From NCBI GenBank assembly GCA_965112735.1, contig OZ218962.1:682001-746000 (forward strand): a stretch of 64,000 nt of DNA, in the 5' to 3' direction. Positions 1 through 12,970 of the stretch are shown here, piece after piece (position 1 is the stretch's first letter; the number at the start of each line of letters is the position of its first letter). The stretch comes from Phaeosaccion multiseriatum (lineage: Eukaryota > Protista > Ochrophyta, other classes). The notes beneath the pieces are model-generated. The model had not been told where the DNA came from and did no database searches. It saw nothing but the letters and a program-made list of their open reading frames with translations. The position numbers were made by a program, and so were the translations under genes.

Positions 1-56
1 CAGGCAAGCAACCGCTGCTGCTGCTTGCTCGGGGCGGATCTTCGTCGTCCCCTGCT

Positions 57-1289
57 GTGGTATTGAGTAGTGTAGCCTCCATAGAAGTAACACCAGGAGG
101 TGGAGAGGCGAGTGCGGAGGGCAAGTCTCTCCCATGGTGGAGAAGCATTCACGACAGAGACATTGCCCTCCTGGCGCTCCCCTCCCTTCTAAGTCTTCTT
201 GTGGACCCAATGCTGAGCTTGGTAGACACATACTTTGTGGGGCGGCTGGGCGCCATCCAACTCGCATCCCTGGGGCCGTGCACAAGGTGTGTACAGGTTG
301 AAACAGTTGAAACTGTGTGATGAGTGCAAGCCAACAACGCAAGGAGTGGAGGGACCCCGAAGAGAGCAGGCGGTGCAGCCCAAGCAAGTGTAAAGACTGG
401 AGAGGGCAGCACAACCCCCCACATCCACATGTTCCCTACAGGAGCGTGTATGAATGGCCCTCTTTCTGTTCCCTCTGCCTCATGTCTGTCTCATGTCTGC
501 TGCCTCACCCTCGTGTCTATCTCTCGCCCCCCCACCCTTTGTGTCCTCGCTCAGCACGTTCCACATGGTGTTCAATAGCTTCAGAGCAATGACACAGTCC
601 ACCACCAGTTTGGTGAGTGCTTGCGTGCATGAGTGAGTGCGTGCATGAGTGCTTTCGTGCGTGGGTGCGTGTGCCAGAGAGAGAGTGAGGGACTGGAGGA
701 AGGTACCACTGCCGTTGGTGCTCCTCATCGTAACCTGTGGACCCTTCTGTCTCTGTGATGCCTCATCCGCGGATCCATATGCCTCTATGATGCCTCACAC
801 GCCAACCCATACGCCTCTATGCTGCCGCATAGGTGTCCAGCAGCTTGGCAGTGGGGGACAAGGAGCGAGCAGGTGGGTGGTGCATGTGAGTCACACGATG
901 TGCTCTAATGTACACATGCTCTATGGGCTTACGTTACAATACACATGGTGTCCCTCTCGTCATGGGGGAGGGGGTGGTGACGCTGCCACTTCTGTCACTG
1001 AGATCGGAGGCCTCTAGGCAGTGTGCATCAATGCCTTTTCTGAGACCCGTGGCTGGAGGGAATCAGACCGCCCCCAACACCTCTCTCTCTCCCTCTCTCC
1101 GTCCCTCCCTCTCCCTCCTCCCCCCCCCCTTCCCTGAGTAGGCGAGATCAGCCAAGCATCCCTCCTCCTGGCCTCCATGCTCGGACTCGTCCTTATGGGG
1201 CTGCTGCTGACCACAGGCCCGGCCATCCTCTCCCTCATGGGGGCACCCAACAGAGGCGCCACAGCACTGCTCCACGGCCACGGATTGAG
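57..1289 (+). pseudogene. MATE (DinF/DTX-like) transporter N-terminal fragment, copy 1
   Basis: In-phase GT-AG exons ..286, 555-612, 833-872 and 1142-1289 give LALPSLLSLLVDPMLSLVDTYFVGRLGAIQLASLG..TQSTTSLVS..LGLVLMGLLLTTGPAILSLMGA. No further exons follow the donor at 1290. Confidence 0.85.
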
Positions 1290-1331
1290 GTGAGGCAGTG
1301 AGGCAATGAGGCCGTGAGGAGAGGGTCCTGA

Positions 1332-1391
<60 letters not shown>

Positions 1392-2363
1392 TGTGTGTGT
1401 GCGTGCGTGCATGTGCGTGTTCCTACGTGCGCATGTCCTGGTCGGCCCATTTGCTAAAGAGGGGCAGTGCGAGTCCCTGGATGGAGGCACCGCTGCACAC
1501 GCGGAGTGCGGAGAGCTTTCAGTGAAGAGCGCAGTCCAAAGCATCTCATAAGGTGCCCTTTATTTATTTACCAACACCCAATAAAGTCTCAACTTGCCCC
1601 CCTCGCCCCTTCAAAAGAGTCGAGCAAGCACTCTCCAGCACTCGCCTTGTAAGCATCAGGTACGAATCATCGGGGGCGATGCCATTCACTCGACTGAGCC
1701 GCGTTGGGCTTCGGTCTGCTGCCTCCGCCCTCTTCCTGAGAGAGAGAGAGAGCGCCCAATCGCTGCATCAGTGACCACACGCTCACCTCTCGTGAGAGAC
1801 TGCCTGGCGCGGCGCTGCAGCAGCTCGAAGGACACAGTGATGCCGATGGACTGTAGCTGGACTGTAGCCAGTGGGGCCAACACGTCCTCTCCTGCCGCTG
1901 TAGCACCAACTGCTCCCCTTGCCGCACCACACATGACTCTGCAGGGCCGTGCGGAGGGAAACAAAGACGGATACGTGGTGTGTGCTCGGCAGCAGTAGGG
2001 GCAGACTGGTGCAGTTGTGGTGCCAGAGGTCGCGCTGGGAGGGGGAGATATCGTCAGTGCCGATGCAAGTCCCCCCCCCCAAGTCCCTCCTCTCCTCCTC
2101 CTGCTCTGAAGTGGTGGCTTCTGAGTGGAACGCAGAAGAGAGACAACAGCCAGTACATTCGCTTGCTCTTTGGTTCTCTTCCACTCGTGCTTCTTCCCCC
2201 ATCTGTGCTGCTGCTTAACCCTAACCTCAAAGTCGTTTCATCCTCCCCATGCCATCCGCCTCCCCTCACAAGTGTTCCGCCCCACCCTGTCTCTGTCATT
2301 CGCTCAAGAGTAGTCCCCCTCGACTCGCTCGGTCGCTTCGAGGCCGTGATTGTTCTCCCCTTT

Positions 2364-4292
2364 TCAATGCGTTTCCTCCTTCGCCCACCTGGAAGCGTCG
2401 TCGGCTCCGCGCATACCTGCGGCCACTTCCAGCGCGTTGTCGGAAGACACGCCCCTCTCCTGCGGCGGTAAGCCCCTCTCCTTGCCGAAGGTCGAGTCGC
2501 ACGTCCGCATAATGTCCGCAGGGCTTTGCGAGTCGAAGTATCGCTTGTCTGCCATCAGAAGACGATCACGGACCTCTTGCAGGACACCAAGCTCTCGAGC
2601 AGCAGTCAGAGCCTTGCCCACAGACGCCCCTGCGCAGAGAAGCTCGTGCATCACCCCTCCAAGATTCTTGTGTGCTGCGAAGAGGAGGGGACTTCTTCCG
2701 ATGTCATCCTTGATATCCACCGCAGCCCCGGCCTTGAGCAGGATGTGCAGGGCGTGCCCATGTCCTTCGATCGCAGCATAGTGCAGAGCAGTACTGCCGT
2801 GGTTGTCATGTCGATTCACGTCTGCCCCTGCCGACACGAACTCACGCAGCACCTCAGCGTGTCCATTATCCGCTGCAAGCATGAGAGCAGTATCCCCCTT
2901 CGCGTCATGTCGATTCACGTCTGCCCCTGCCGATATGAGCTCACGCAGCACCTCAGCGTGTCCATGTTGCGCCGCAAACATGAGAGCAGATCTCCCCTCA
3001 TTATCACGTCCATCCACGTCTGCCCCTGCCAATACGATCTCACGCAGCACCTCACCGTGTCCATTAAGCGCTGCCCACATGAGAGCAGTAATCCCCTGCG
3101 CGTCATGTCGATCCACGTCTGCCCCTGCCGATACCAGCTCACGCAGCAACTCAGCGTGTCCATTATGCGCTGCCATTATGAGAGCAGTCATCCCCTCATC
3201 ATCGGCTGCATCCACCTCAGCCCCGGCCTTGAGCAGGATGTGCAGGACATGCCCATGTCCGCCTTCAGCAGCGTAGCGCAGAGCAGTAACCCCCTTTGCG
3301 TCATGTCGATCCACGTCTGCCCCTGCTGATACGAGCTCACGCAGCACCTCAGCATGTCCATTAAGCGCTGCCGCCATGAGAGCAGTACTCCCCTTATCAT
3401 TGGTTGCATCCACCTCAGCCCCGGCCGTGAGCAGGATGTGCAGGGCATGCCCATGTCCGCCTTCCGCAGCGTAGTGCAGAGCAGTAGCCCCCTCCGCGTC
3501 ATGTCGATCCACGTCTGCCCCTGCCGATACGAGCTCACGCAGCACCTCAGCGTATCCACGTTGCGCTGCCACCATGAGGGCAGTAATACCCTCCGGGCCA
3601 TGTCGTCGATCCACGTCTGCCCCTGCCGATATGAGCTCACGTAGTACCCCACCGTGCCCCAGCCCCGCGGCCGCGATGAGAGGTGTCGTTCCGTTGTTCG
3701 TGGCTCGATTCACATTGGCGCCCCCCGCGATTAAAGCTCTGACGACTTCTGTGTGCCCCCAGTCTGAAGCTGCACTCAAGGCCGTCCCCACGTCAACTGC
3801 TTGATCCAAATCAGCACCGGCCTCCATCAGTATCTGCACAACGTCCAGATGGCCACGTCCGCAAGCCCACACCCACACACATCAATGGTGTGACATCGTC
3901 AGGAGTCATCGCTTTGTGGTTTGGAGATGCCCCTCCATCCAGTAGAAGCTCCACGATGTCTGCTCTGCCCGCCGTCGCCGCTACAGTCATTGGGGGGTGC
4001 CCGACAGCACAAATCGCGGCATCGAGGCAAGCCTTCCTTCCCCCCTCTTTAGCGACGAGGGCGCTAATGGCTCGCTTGACATTCTTGATAGTCTCCCCCC
4101 CGCGGATGGCGTCGTAGAGGCGCGTGGCCTGTCACGGCAGTCGGAAGAGAGTCGAGGAGCCAGAGAGGCGTAGGCGAGGGAGGAGGCAAGGCCACACGAT
4201 AGGTTGTCCTTTTGCCAGACGTGGATCGAGGGGAAAAAATAACGTACCTCTCCGCTCACTCGGGGGGGTCCCCCACTGCTCTGGGACGCCAT
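2364..4292 (-). pseudogene. Ankyrin-repeat gene copy 1 (~14 repeats), frameshifted
   Basis: Exon 1 4248-4292 (MASQSSGGPPRVSGE), intron 4129-4247, exon 2 4128-2364. Ten extra nt at ~3869-3880 relative to copies 2 and 3 break the frame. Confidence 0.85.
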
Positions 4293-4379
4293 GCTGGGGC
4301 GCCTTCTCTGCAGGTCTCAAAGAATCCTCAACAAGACCGATTTACGCCGCATAATGGTTAGCAAGGACCATGGGAAAAA

Positions 4380-5312
4380 CCCAGCTGTGAGTTTGGATGT
4401 GGATCACCATCGTCCCACTTTTTTCTCTAAGCCCCGGTGCCATGGGCTTCATCGCCACCTCCCCGGGACAAGTCTCCATGCCGGCCCAAGACATGGTAGC
4501 GGCCCTACGAAGCTCCCTGGGCATCAACGGCCTCTGCAGCCCAGGAGAACCCGACGCGCTAGTCTGCACCCGGTGCAACACACGCGCTGACTCGACGCAC
4601 CCATTCAGTGCCCCAACCAGAGCATCCTCTACCACACCGGGATGCTCTCCTCCGTCGAGGACATGTTCAAGCAGAACTATGTATCCCGCGTCGGCCACGA
4701 GAGCTCGGAGTACTTCAACCCCCCGCACAACATCGCCCGGACCTTCCGCATGGACGCCACCCTCCCCAGACGCGCCCTCTCCGGAGCTCGCGACCCAACC
4801 TATGCCCACCCGGCGCATATGCTCGACCTAACCCTGAGTAACAATATTTGCAGGACGGCCTTGAATGTGCTTCTCACGGACACCAGACCGGGAGCGGCAG
4901 CAGCCAACAGCGAGACCCGCAAGGAGCGACACTACAGGGGCACCTACGACCGAGAGCGCGTACGCCTCTCCACATTCGCCATCGAGACCCACGGTCGACT
5001 CGGCGCACAGGCGCAATCGTTCCTGCACGCACTCGCCGAGCACGTGGTGACACGTACGGGCCGCACTGGCTCCTCCACGACCAAGGGCCACGTCCTGACC
5101 AGACTTCGCCGTCTCGTCAGCTGCAGCCACCAGATGTGGCTCTCGGAGCGAGAGCGCCTTCCTGGGTCGGCTCAACCGCGGAGCCGGTCCTGCACTCCCC
5201 CTCCCCGCCCTCGAGGGGGAGTAACCGGCCCCTCGAGGGCCCCGGCGACACAGCGATACCCGCGCACACACACACACACACACACACGTACACACACACA
5301 CACACACACGCA
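4380..5312 (+). mobile_element. 5'-truncated non-LTR retrotransposon (restriction-like endonuclease type), copy 1, with (CA)n tail
   Basis: ALRSSLG, CCHC knuckle (1-nt deletion at ~4600), RMD..LDLT..ETRKERHY..FAIETHGRLG motifs. 3' stem-loop at 5207-5240. No RT domain is present. Confidence 0.8.
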
Positions 5313-5612
5313 CACTTCACATTCACATTTTCAGTTTATTAGGTGATTCCTATTTAAAGATTGGGATTGGGAGCGCGGTCAAGGCCGCAGTTGCTGCTCC
5401 TTTGAGGGTGCGCCAAGTACGCATACCTTACCAAGGCTCTCCTATCTCCACTTCAAGCGGGGGGCTGCAGCAAAAGAGAGTGGGAGACGAAGGACAGCAG
5501 TCCGAGAAGGAGCAGAAGATGCAACAGGAGCAGGAGCAGAAGAAGTAGCAGCTGCTCCAGCTACGATAGGTGCTCTGACAACCACCAGCAGCAGCAGCAG
5601 CAGGGCCAATGG

Positions 5613-7054
5613 ATGGATCAGCCTCGGCGTGGGAGGCAGCGTGTCTCTAGCCTGATCAGGAGGGCCCAGAGCAGGAGAGGCCGGACCGGAGGCACCGACC
5701 CAGGCAGGCAACCGCTGCTGCTGCTTGCTCGGGGCGGATCTTCGTCGTCCCCTGTGGTATTGAGTAGTGTAGCCTCCATAGAAGTAGCACCAGGAGGTGG
5801 AGAGGCGAGTGCGGAGGGCAAGTCTCTCCCATGGTGGAGAAGCATTCACGACAGAGACATTACCCTCCTGGCGCTCCCCTCCCTTCTAAGTCTTCTTGTG
5901 GACCCTATGCTGAGCTTAGTAGACACATACTTTGTGGGGCGGCTGGGCGCCATCCAACTCGCATCCCTGGGGCCGTGCACAAGGTGTGTACAGGTTGAAA
6001 AAGTTGAAACTGTGTGATGAGTGCAAGTCAACAACGCAAGGAGTGGGGGAACCCCGAAGAGAGCAGGTCGTGCAGCCCAAGCACGTGTAAAGACTGGAAA
6101 GCGCAGCACACCCCCCCGCATACACATGTGCCCTACGGGAGCGTGTATGAATGGCCCTCTTTCTGTTCCCTCTGCCTCATGTCTGCCCCATGTCTGCCTC
6201 ATGTCTGTCTCATGTCTGTCTCATGTCTGTCTCATGTCTGTCTCATGTCTGTCTCATGTCTGCCTCACCCTCGTGTCTATCTCTCGCCCCCCCACCCTTT
6301 GTGTCCTCGCTCAGCACGTTCCACATGGTGTTCAATAGCTTCAGAGCAATGACACAGTCCACCACCAGTTTGGTGAGTGCTTGCGTGCATGAGTGAATGC
6401 GTGCATGAGTGCTTTCGCGCGTGGGTGCGTGTGCCAGAGAGAGAGTGAGGGACTGGAGGAAGGTACCACTGCCGTTGGTGCTCCTCATTGTAACCTGTGG
6501 TCCCTTCTGTCTCTGTGATGCCTCATCCGCGGATCCGTATGCCTCTATGATGCCTCACACGCCAACCCATACGCCTCTATGCTGCCGCACAGGTGTCCAG
6601 CAGCTTGGTAGTGGGGGACAAGGAGCGAGCAGGTGGGTGGTGCATGTGAGTCACACGATGTGCTCTAATGGACTAGCAGGACACATGCTCTATGGGCTTA
6701 CGTTACAATACTCATGGCGTCCCTCTCGTCAAGAGGGAGGGGGTGCTCCTGCCGCCACTTCTGTCACTGAGGTCGGAGGCCACTGGTGTGCATCGATGCC
6801 TTTTCTGAGACCCGTGGCTGGAAGGAACCAGACCGCCCCCAACACCTATCTCTCTCCCTCTCTCCGTCCCTCCCTCTCCCTCCTCCCCCCCCCCTCCCCT
6901 GAGTAGGCGAGATCAGCCAAGCATCCCTCCTCCTGGCCTCCATGCTCGGACTCGTCCTTCAGGGGCTGCTGCTGACCACAGGCCCGGCCATCCTCTCCCT
7001 CATGGGGGCACCCAACAGAGGCGCCACAGCACTGCTCCACGGCCACGGATTGAG
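5613..7054 (+). pseudogene. MATE transporter N-terminal fragment, copy 2
   Basis: Same four exons as copy 1; truncated shortly before the (TG)n tract at ~7137. Confidence 0.85.
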
Positions 7055-7151
7055 GTGAGGCAGTGAGGCAATGAGGCAGTGAGGAGAGGGTCCTGACACC
7101 TGGCACTAACGACGCCCCGGTCCATAGTGCTGATACGTGTGTGTGTGTGAG

Positions 7152-7196
<45 letters not shown>

Positions 7197-8149
7197 ATGT
7201 GCGTGTTCCTACGTGCGCATGTCCTGGTCGGCCCATTTGCTAAAGAGGGGCAGTGCGAGTCCCTGGATGGAGGCACCGCTGCACACGCGGAGTGCGGAGA
7301 GCTTTCAGTGAAGAGCGCAGTCCAAAGCATCTCATAAGGTGCCCTTTACATATTTACCAACACCCAATAAAGTCTCAACTTGCCCCCCTCGCCCCTTCAA
7401 AAGAGTCGAGCAAGCACTCTCCAGCACTCGCCTTGTAAGCATCAGGTACGAATCATCGGGGGCGATGCCACTCACTCGACTGAGCCGCGTTGGGCTTCGG
7501 TCTGCTGCCTCCGCCCTCTTCCTGAGAGAGAGAGAGAGCGCCCAATCGCTGCATCAGTGACCACACGCTCACCTCTCGTGAGAGACTGCCTGGCGCGGCG
7601 CTGCAGCAGCTCGAAGGACACAGTGATGCCGATGGACTGTAGCTGGACTGTAGCCAGTGGGGCCAACACGTCCTCTCCTGCCGCTGTAGCACCAACTGCT
7701 CCCCTTGCCGCACCACACATGACTCTGCAGGGCCGTGCGGAGGGAAACAAAGACGGATACGTGGTGTGTGCTCGGCAGCAGTAGGGGCAGACTGGTGCAG
7801 TTGTGGTGCCGGAGGTCGCGCTGGGAGGGGGAGATATCGTCAGTGCCGATGCAAGTCCCCCCCCAAGTCCCTCCTCTCCTCCTGCTCCGAAGTGGTGGCT
7901 GCTGAGTGGAACGCAGAAGAGAGACAACAGCCAGTAATATACATTCGCTTGCTCTCTGATTCTCTTCCACTCGTGCTTCTTCCCCCATCTGTGCTGCTGC
8001 TTAACCCTAACCTCAAAGTCGTTTCATCCTCCCCATGCCATCCGCCTCCCCTCACAAGTGTTCCGCCCCACCCTGTCTCTGTCATTCGCTCAAGAGTAGT
8101 CCCCCTCGACTCGCTCGGTCGCTTCGAGGCCGTGATTGTTCTCCCCTTT

Positions 8150-10069
8150 TCAATGCGTTTCCTCCTTCGCCCACCTGGAAGCGTCGTCGGCTCCGCGCAT
8201 ACCTGCGGCCACTTCCAGCGCGTTGTCGGAAGACACGCCCCTCTCCTGCGGCGGTAAGCCCCTCTCCTTGCCGAAGGTCGAGTCGCACGTCCGCATAATG
8301 TCCGCAGGGCTTTGCGAGTCGAAGTATCGCTTGTCTGCCATCAGAAGACGATCACGGACCTCTTGCAGGACACCAAGCTCTCGAGCAGCAGTCAGAGCCT
8401 TGCCCACAGACGCCCCTGCGCAGAGAAGCTCGTGCATCACCCCTCCAAGATTCTTGTGTGCTGCGAAGAGGAGGGGACTTCTTCCGATGTCATCCTTGAT
8501 ATCCACCGCAGCCCCGGCCTTGAGCAGGATGTGCAGGGCGTGCCCATGTCCTTCGATCGCAGCATAGTGCAGAGCAGTACTGCCGTGGTTGTCATGTCGA
8601 TTCACGTCTGCCCCTGCCGACACGAACTCACGCAGCACCTCAGCGTGTCCATTATCCGCTGCAAGCATGAGAGCAGTACCCCCCTTCGCGTCATGTCGAT
8701 TCACGTCTGCCCCTGCCGATATGAGCTCACGCAGCACCTCAGCGTGTCCATAGTGCGCCGCAAACATGAGAGCAGTTCTCCCCTCATTATCACGTCCATC
8801 CACGTCTGCCCCTGCCAATACGATCTCACGCAGCACCTCAGCGTGTCCATTATCCGCTGCAAGCATGAGAGCAGTCATCCCCTCCGCGTCATGTCGATCC
8901 ACGTCTGCCCCTGCCGATACCAGCTCACGCAGCACCTCAGCATTTCCTCTACCCGCTGCAAACATGAGAGCAGTAGTCCCCTCATCATCGGCTGCATCCA
9001 CGTCTGCCTCTGCCGATACGAGCTCACGCAGCAACTCAGCGTGTCCTTCAAGCGATACCACCATGAGAGCAGTCATCTCCTTTGGGCCATGTCGATCCAC
9101 GTCTGCCCCTGCCGATACGAGCTCACGCAGCACCTCAGCATGTCCATTAAGCGCTGCCGCCATGAGAGCAGTACTCCCCTTATCATTGGTTGCATCCACC
9201 TCAGCCCCGGCCGTGAGCAGGATGTGCAGGGCATGCCCATGTCCGCCTTCCGCAGCGTAGTGCAGAGCAGTAGCCCCCTCCGCGTCATGTCGATCCACGT
9301 CTGCCCCTGCCGATACGAGCTCACGCAGCACCTCAGCGTATCCACGTTGCGCTGCCACCATGAGGGCAGTAATACCCTCCGGGCCATGTCGTCGATCCAC
9401 GTCTGCCCCTGCCGATATGAGCTCACGTAGTACCCCACCGTGCCCCAGCCCCGCGGCCGCGATGAGAGGTGTCGTTCCGTTGTTCGTGGCTCGATTCACA
9501 TTGGCGCCCCCCGCGATCAAAGCTCTGACGACTTCTGTGTGCCCACCGTCTGAAGCTGCACACAAGGCCGTACCCATGTCAACTGCTTGATCTAAATCAG
9601 CACCGGCCTCCATGAGTATCTGCACAATGTTTAGAAGGCCAAGTACGCAAGCCCCCATCAATGGTGTGACACTGCCAGGGCTCAACGCTTTGTGGTTTGG
9701 ACATGCCCCTTCCCCCAGTAGAAGCTCCACGATGTCTGCTCTGCCCGCCGTCGCCGCTACAGTCATTGGGGGGTGCCCGACAGCACAAATCGCGGCATCG
9801 AGGCAAGCCTTCCTTCCCCCCTCTTTAGCGACGAGGGCGCTAATGGCTCGCTTGACATTCTTGATAGTCTCCCCCCCGCGGATGGCGTCGTAGAGGCGCG
9901 TGGCCTGTCACGGCAGTCGGAAGAGAGTCGAGGAGCCAGAGAGGCGTAAGCGAGGGAGGAGGCAAGGCCACACGATAGGTTGTCCTTTTGCCAGACGTGG
10001 ATCGAGGAGGAAAAAATAACGTACCTCTCCGCTCACTCGGGGGGGTCCCCCACTGCTCTGGGACGCCAT
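8150..10069 (-). CDS. Ankyrin-repeat protein copy 2, ~599 aa
   Basis: Exon 1 10025-10069, phase-0 GT-AG intron 9905-10024, exon 2 9904-8150. 33-aa repeats of the form GxTALMxAAxxGHAEVLRELVSAGADVD. Confidence 0.92.
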
Positions 10070-10159
10070 ACTGGGGCGCCTTCTCTGCAGGTCTCAAAGA
10101 ATCCTCAACAAGACCGATTTATACGCCGCGATAATGGATATAGGGACCATGGGAAAAAC

Positions 10160-11040
10160 CCAGCTGTGAGTTTGGATGTGGATCACCATCGTCCCACTTT
10201 TTACTCTAAGCCCCGGTGCCATGAGCTTCATCGCCACCTCCCCGGGACAAGTCTCCATGCCGGCCCAAGACATGGTAGCGGCCCTACGAAGCTCCCTGGG
10301 CATCAACTGCCTCTGCAGCCCAGGAGAACCCGACGCGCTAGTCTGCACCCGCTGCAACACACGCGCTGACTCGACGCACGCCATTCAGTGCCCCAACCAG
10401 AGCATCCTCTACCACACCGGGATGCTCTCCTCCGTCGAGGACATGTTCAAGCAGAACTATGTATCCCGCGTCGGCCACGAGAGCTCGGAGTACTTCAACC
10501 CCCCGCACAACATCGCCCGGACCTTCCGCATGGACGCCACCCTCCCCAGACGCGCCCTCTCCGGAGCTCGCGACCCAACCTATGCCCACCCGGCGCATAT
10601 GCTCGACCTAACCCTGAGTAACAACATTTGCAGGACGGCCTTGAATGTGCTTCTCACGGACACCAGACCGGGAGCGGCAGCAGCCAACAGCGAGACCCGC
10701 AAGGAGCGACACTACAGGGGCACCTACGACCGAGAGCGCGTACGCCTCTCCACATTCGCCATCGAGACCCACGGTCGACTCGGCGCACAGGCGCAATCGC
10801 TCCTGCACGCACTCGCCGAGCACGTGGTGACACGTACGGGCCGCACTGGCTCCTCCACGACCAAGGGCCACGTCCTGACCAGACTTCGCCGTCTCGTCAG
10901 CTGCAGCCACCAGATGTGGCTCTCGGAGCGAGAGCGCCTTCCTGGGTCGGCTCAACCGCGGAGCCGGTCCTGCACTCCCCCTCCCCGCCCTCGAGGGGGA
11001 GTAACCGGCCCCTCGAGGGCCCCGGCGACACAGCGATACC

Positions 11041-11079
<39 letters not shown>

Positions 11080-11102
11080 ACACACACACACACACACACG
11101 CA
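10160..11102 (+). mobile_element. 5'-truncated RLE-type non-LTR retrotransposon, copy 2
   Basis: ORF from 10176 has CTRCNTRADSTHAIQC (CCHC) followed by PD-D-K..Y-type endonuclease motifs; (CA)n tail at ~11045-11102. Confidence 0.82.
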
Positions 11103-11402
11103 CACTTCACATTCACACTTTCAGTTTCTTAGGTGATTCCTATTTAAAGATTGGGATTGGGAGCGCGGTCAAGGCCGCAGTTGCTGCTCCTTTGAGGGTG
11201 CGCCAAGTACGCATACCTTACCAAGGCTCTCCTATCTCCACTTCAAGCGGGGGGCTGCAGCAAAAGAGAGTGGGAGACGAAGGACAGCAGTCCGAGAAGG
11301 AGCAGAAGATGCAACAGGAGCAGGAGCAGAAGAAGTAGCAGCTGCTCCAGCTACGATAGGTGCTCTGACAACCACCAGCAGCAGCAGCAGCAGGGCCAAT
11401 GG

Positions 11403-12828
11403 ATGGATCAGCCTCGGCGTGGGAGGCAGCGTGTCTCTAGCCTGATCAGGAGGGCCCAGAGCAGGAGAGGCCGGACCGGAGGCACCGACCCAGGCAAGCA
11501 ACCGCTGCTGCTGCTTGCTCGGGGCGGATCTTCGTCGTCCCCTGAGGTATTGAGTAGTGTAGCCTCCATAGAAGTAACACCAGGAGGTGGAGAGGCGAGT
11601 GCGGAGGGCAAGTCTCTCCCATGGTGGAGAAGCATTCACGACAGAGACATTGCCCTCCTGGCGCTCCCCTCCCTTCTAAGTCTTCTTGTGGACCCTAGCT
11701 ATGCTGAGCTTGGTAGACACATACTTTGTGGGGCGGCTGGGCGCCATCCAACTCGCATCCCTGGGGCCGTGCGCAAGGTGTGTACAGGTTGAAACAGTTG
11801 AAACTCTGTGATGAGTGCAAGTCAACAACGCAGGGAGTGGGGGAACCCCGAAGAGAGCAGGTCGTGCAGCCCAAGCACGTGTAAAGACTGGAAAGCGCAG
11901 CACACCCCCCCGCATACACATGTGCCCTACGGGAGCGTGTATGAATGGCCCTCTTTCTGTTCCCTCTGCCTCATGTCTGCCTCATGTCTGCCTCATGTCT
12001 GTCTCATGTCTGTCTCATGTCTGTCTCATGTCTGCCTCACCCTCGTGTCTATCTCTCGCCCCCCCACCCTTTGTGTCCTCGCTCAGCACGTTCCACATGG
12101 TGTTCAATAGCTTCAGAGCAATGACACAGTCCACCACCAGTTTGGTGAGTGCTTGCGTGCATGAGTGAATGCGTGCATGAGTGCTTTCGCGCGTGGGTGC
12201 GTGTGCCAGAGAGAGAGTGAGGGACTGGAGGAAGGTACCACTGCCGTTGGTGCTCCTCATTGTAACCTGTGGTCCCTTCTGTCTCTGTGATGCCTCATCC
12301 GCGGATCCGTATGCCTCTATGATGCCTCACACGCCAACCCATACGCCTCTATGCTGCCGCACAGGTGTCCAGCAGCTTGGCAGTGGGGGACAAGGAGCGA
12401 GCAGGTGGGTGGTGTATGTGAGTCACACGATGTGCTCTCTAATGGACTAGCAGGACACATGCTCTATGGGCTTACGTTACAATACACATGGTGTCCCTCT
12501 CGTCAAGAGGGAGGGGGTGCTCCTGCCACCACTTCTGTCACTGAGGTCGGAGGCCACTGGTGTGCATCGATGCCTTTTCTGAGACCCGTGGCTAGAAGGA
12601 ACCAGACCGCCCCCAACACCTATCTCTCTCCCTCTCTCCGTCCCTCCCTCTCCCTCCTCCCCCCCCCCTCCCCTGAGTAGGCGAGATCAGCCAAGCATCC
12701 CTCCTCCTGGCCTCCATGCTCGGACTCGTCCTTATGGGGCTGCTGCTGACCACAGGCCCGGCCATCCTCTCCCTCATGGGGGCACCCAACAGAGGCGCCA
12801 CAGCACTGCTCCACGGCCACGGATTCAG
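11403..12828 (+). pseudogene. MATE transporter N-terminal fragment, copy 3 (frameshifted)
   Basis: Same exons, plus a 4-bp insertion at 11696-11701 (TA to TAGCTA). Confidence 0.85.
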
Positions 12829-12910
12829 GTGAGGCAGTGAGGCAATGAGGCCGTGAGGAGAGGGTCCTGACACCTGGCACTAACGACGCCCCGGTCCATA
12901 GCGCTGATAC

Positions 12911-12970
<60 letters not shown>

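Noticed and set aside
5200-5270. Helitron 3' end at the stem-loop
   Set aside because: No CTRR terminus follows the hairpin, and the context is a retroelement 3' end.
8312-9430. Long antisense ORFs over the ankyrin genes (also 2526-3329, 14088-14696)
   Set aside because: Shadow frames of a repeated, stop-poor 99-bp unit with no independent protein signal.
4351-10130. Diversity-generating retroelement (retroelement next to a hypervariable gene)
   Set aside because: The fragment has only the zinc knuckle and endonuclease, with no RT. I found no template repeat, and the variable codons are not adenine-specific.
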